This document shows positions 45,747 to 46,021 of a stretch of DNA of 46,021 bases, piece after piece (positions within the stretch are counted from its first letter, which is position 1; each line of letters opens with the position of its first letter). The DNA is taken from positions 1 to 46,021 of the forward strand of contig JASFYY010000091.1 of assembly GCA_045046875.1 (NCBI GenBank), read 5' to 3'. The notes below the pieces were generated by a model that was given only the letters and a program-made list of their open reading frames with translations, was not told where the DNA came from and did not search any database. Made by a program: the position numbers and the translations under genes. This stretch comes from Verrucomicrobiota bacterium (GTDB taxonomy: Bacteria > Verrucomicrobiota > Verrucomicrobiia > Verrucomicrobiales > DEV007).

Positions 45747-45774
45747 TTGCGTATATTCCGGGATGTGTTTTAAT
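45747..45774 (+). promoter_or_regulatory. Candidate sigma70 promoter (extended -10)
   Basis: TTGCGT (45747-45752), 16-nt spacer, TG-n-TTTAAT (45766-45774), just before a structured region. Confidence 0.45.
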
Positions 45775-45780
45775 AGCGCC

Positions 45781-45882
45781 GTTCACGCAATGTGAACAAA
45801 ACAAGGTGGTCCGACTGATATTTTCTTTTTTGCGAGTTATGGGGGTTTCTCGCGAAAACAATCAGTCGGGCCACCTCTTTTT
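45781..45882 (+). ncRNA. Candidate structured leader/sRNA with long hairpin and U-tail
   Basis: Hairpin at 45781-45797; 16-bp outer stem 45804-45819/45861-45876; 10-bp inner stem 45827-45836/45849-45858; followed by CTTTTT. Confidence 0.45.
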
Positions 45883-46021
45883 ATGCCCATATTGATTTCC
45901 TGCGGAATCCAATATTAAAAAGGGTTTTTAGAAGAGGGTTGATTGCGATGCTTTAAAACGCTATCACAGTTGATTCTAAGATCATGAGTTCCGATTACCG
46001 CACTTCCCCCAAAGCCACAAC

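Noticed and set aside
1..46021. CRISPR arrays, tRNA/rRNA genes, transposases or integrases
   Set aside because: No regularly spaced repeats, RNA-gene signatures or recombinase motifs were seen; nearly all of the window is explained by protein-coding genes.

Overview
46-kb bacterial chromosomal segment. Gene content (DUF1080 x2, DUF4159, TPR-peptidase, BNR protein, Pro/Ala-tailed PBP1A) suggests the PVC group, probably Verrucomicrobiota (inference). From left to right: a minus-strand operon (His-motif hypothetical, DUF1080, TPR/gluzincin peptidase, DUF4159); a secreted BNR/sialidase-type fusion protein; a Cys-rich RAPP-motif upstream ORF, followed by mutually exclusive RNA helices and a czcCBA-like heavy-metal RND efflux operon; a convergent pgaABCD (PNAG) operon; MidA-family methyltransferase; PBP1A; tyrS, VF530, RluA, recJ; leuA; a Tat-protein/GMC oxidoreductase/cytochrome c cassette; esterase, amidase, DUF6172, metallophosphoesterase, DUF1080, cNMP-binding protein, DMT transporter, patatin, pepP and DUF1015; and a structured non-coding region at the right end. 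PgaA has a triplicated 170-aa TPR block and a 1-nt frameshift, and the PgaB hydrolase domain looks degenerate. The PBP1A transpeptidase motifs are degenerate. leuA has an unannotated Leu-rich leader peptide plus terminator (attenuator). The strongest candidate for a new system is the RAPP arrest-peptide plus RNA-switch leader in front of the metal efflux pump. No rRNA, tRNA, CRISPR array or transposase was seen. Family assignments come from motif recognition only; no searches were run.
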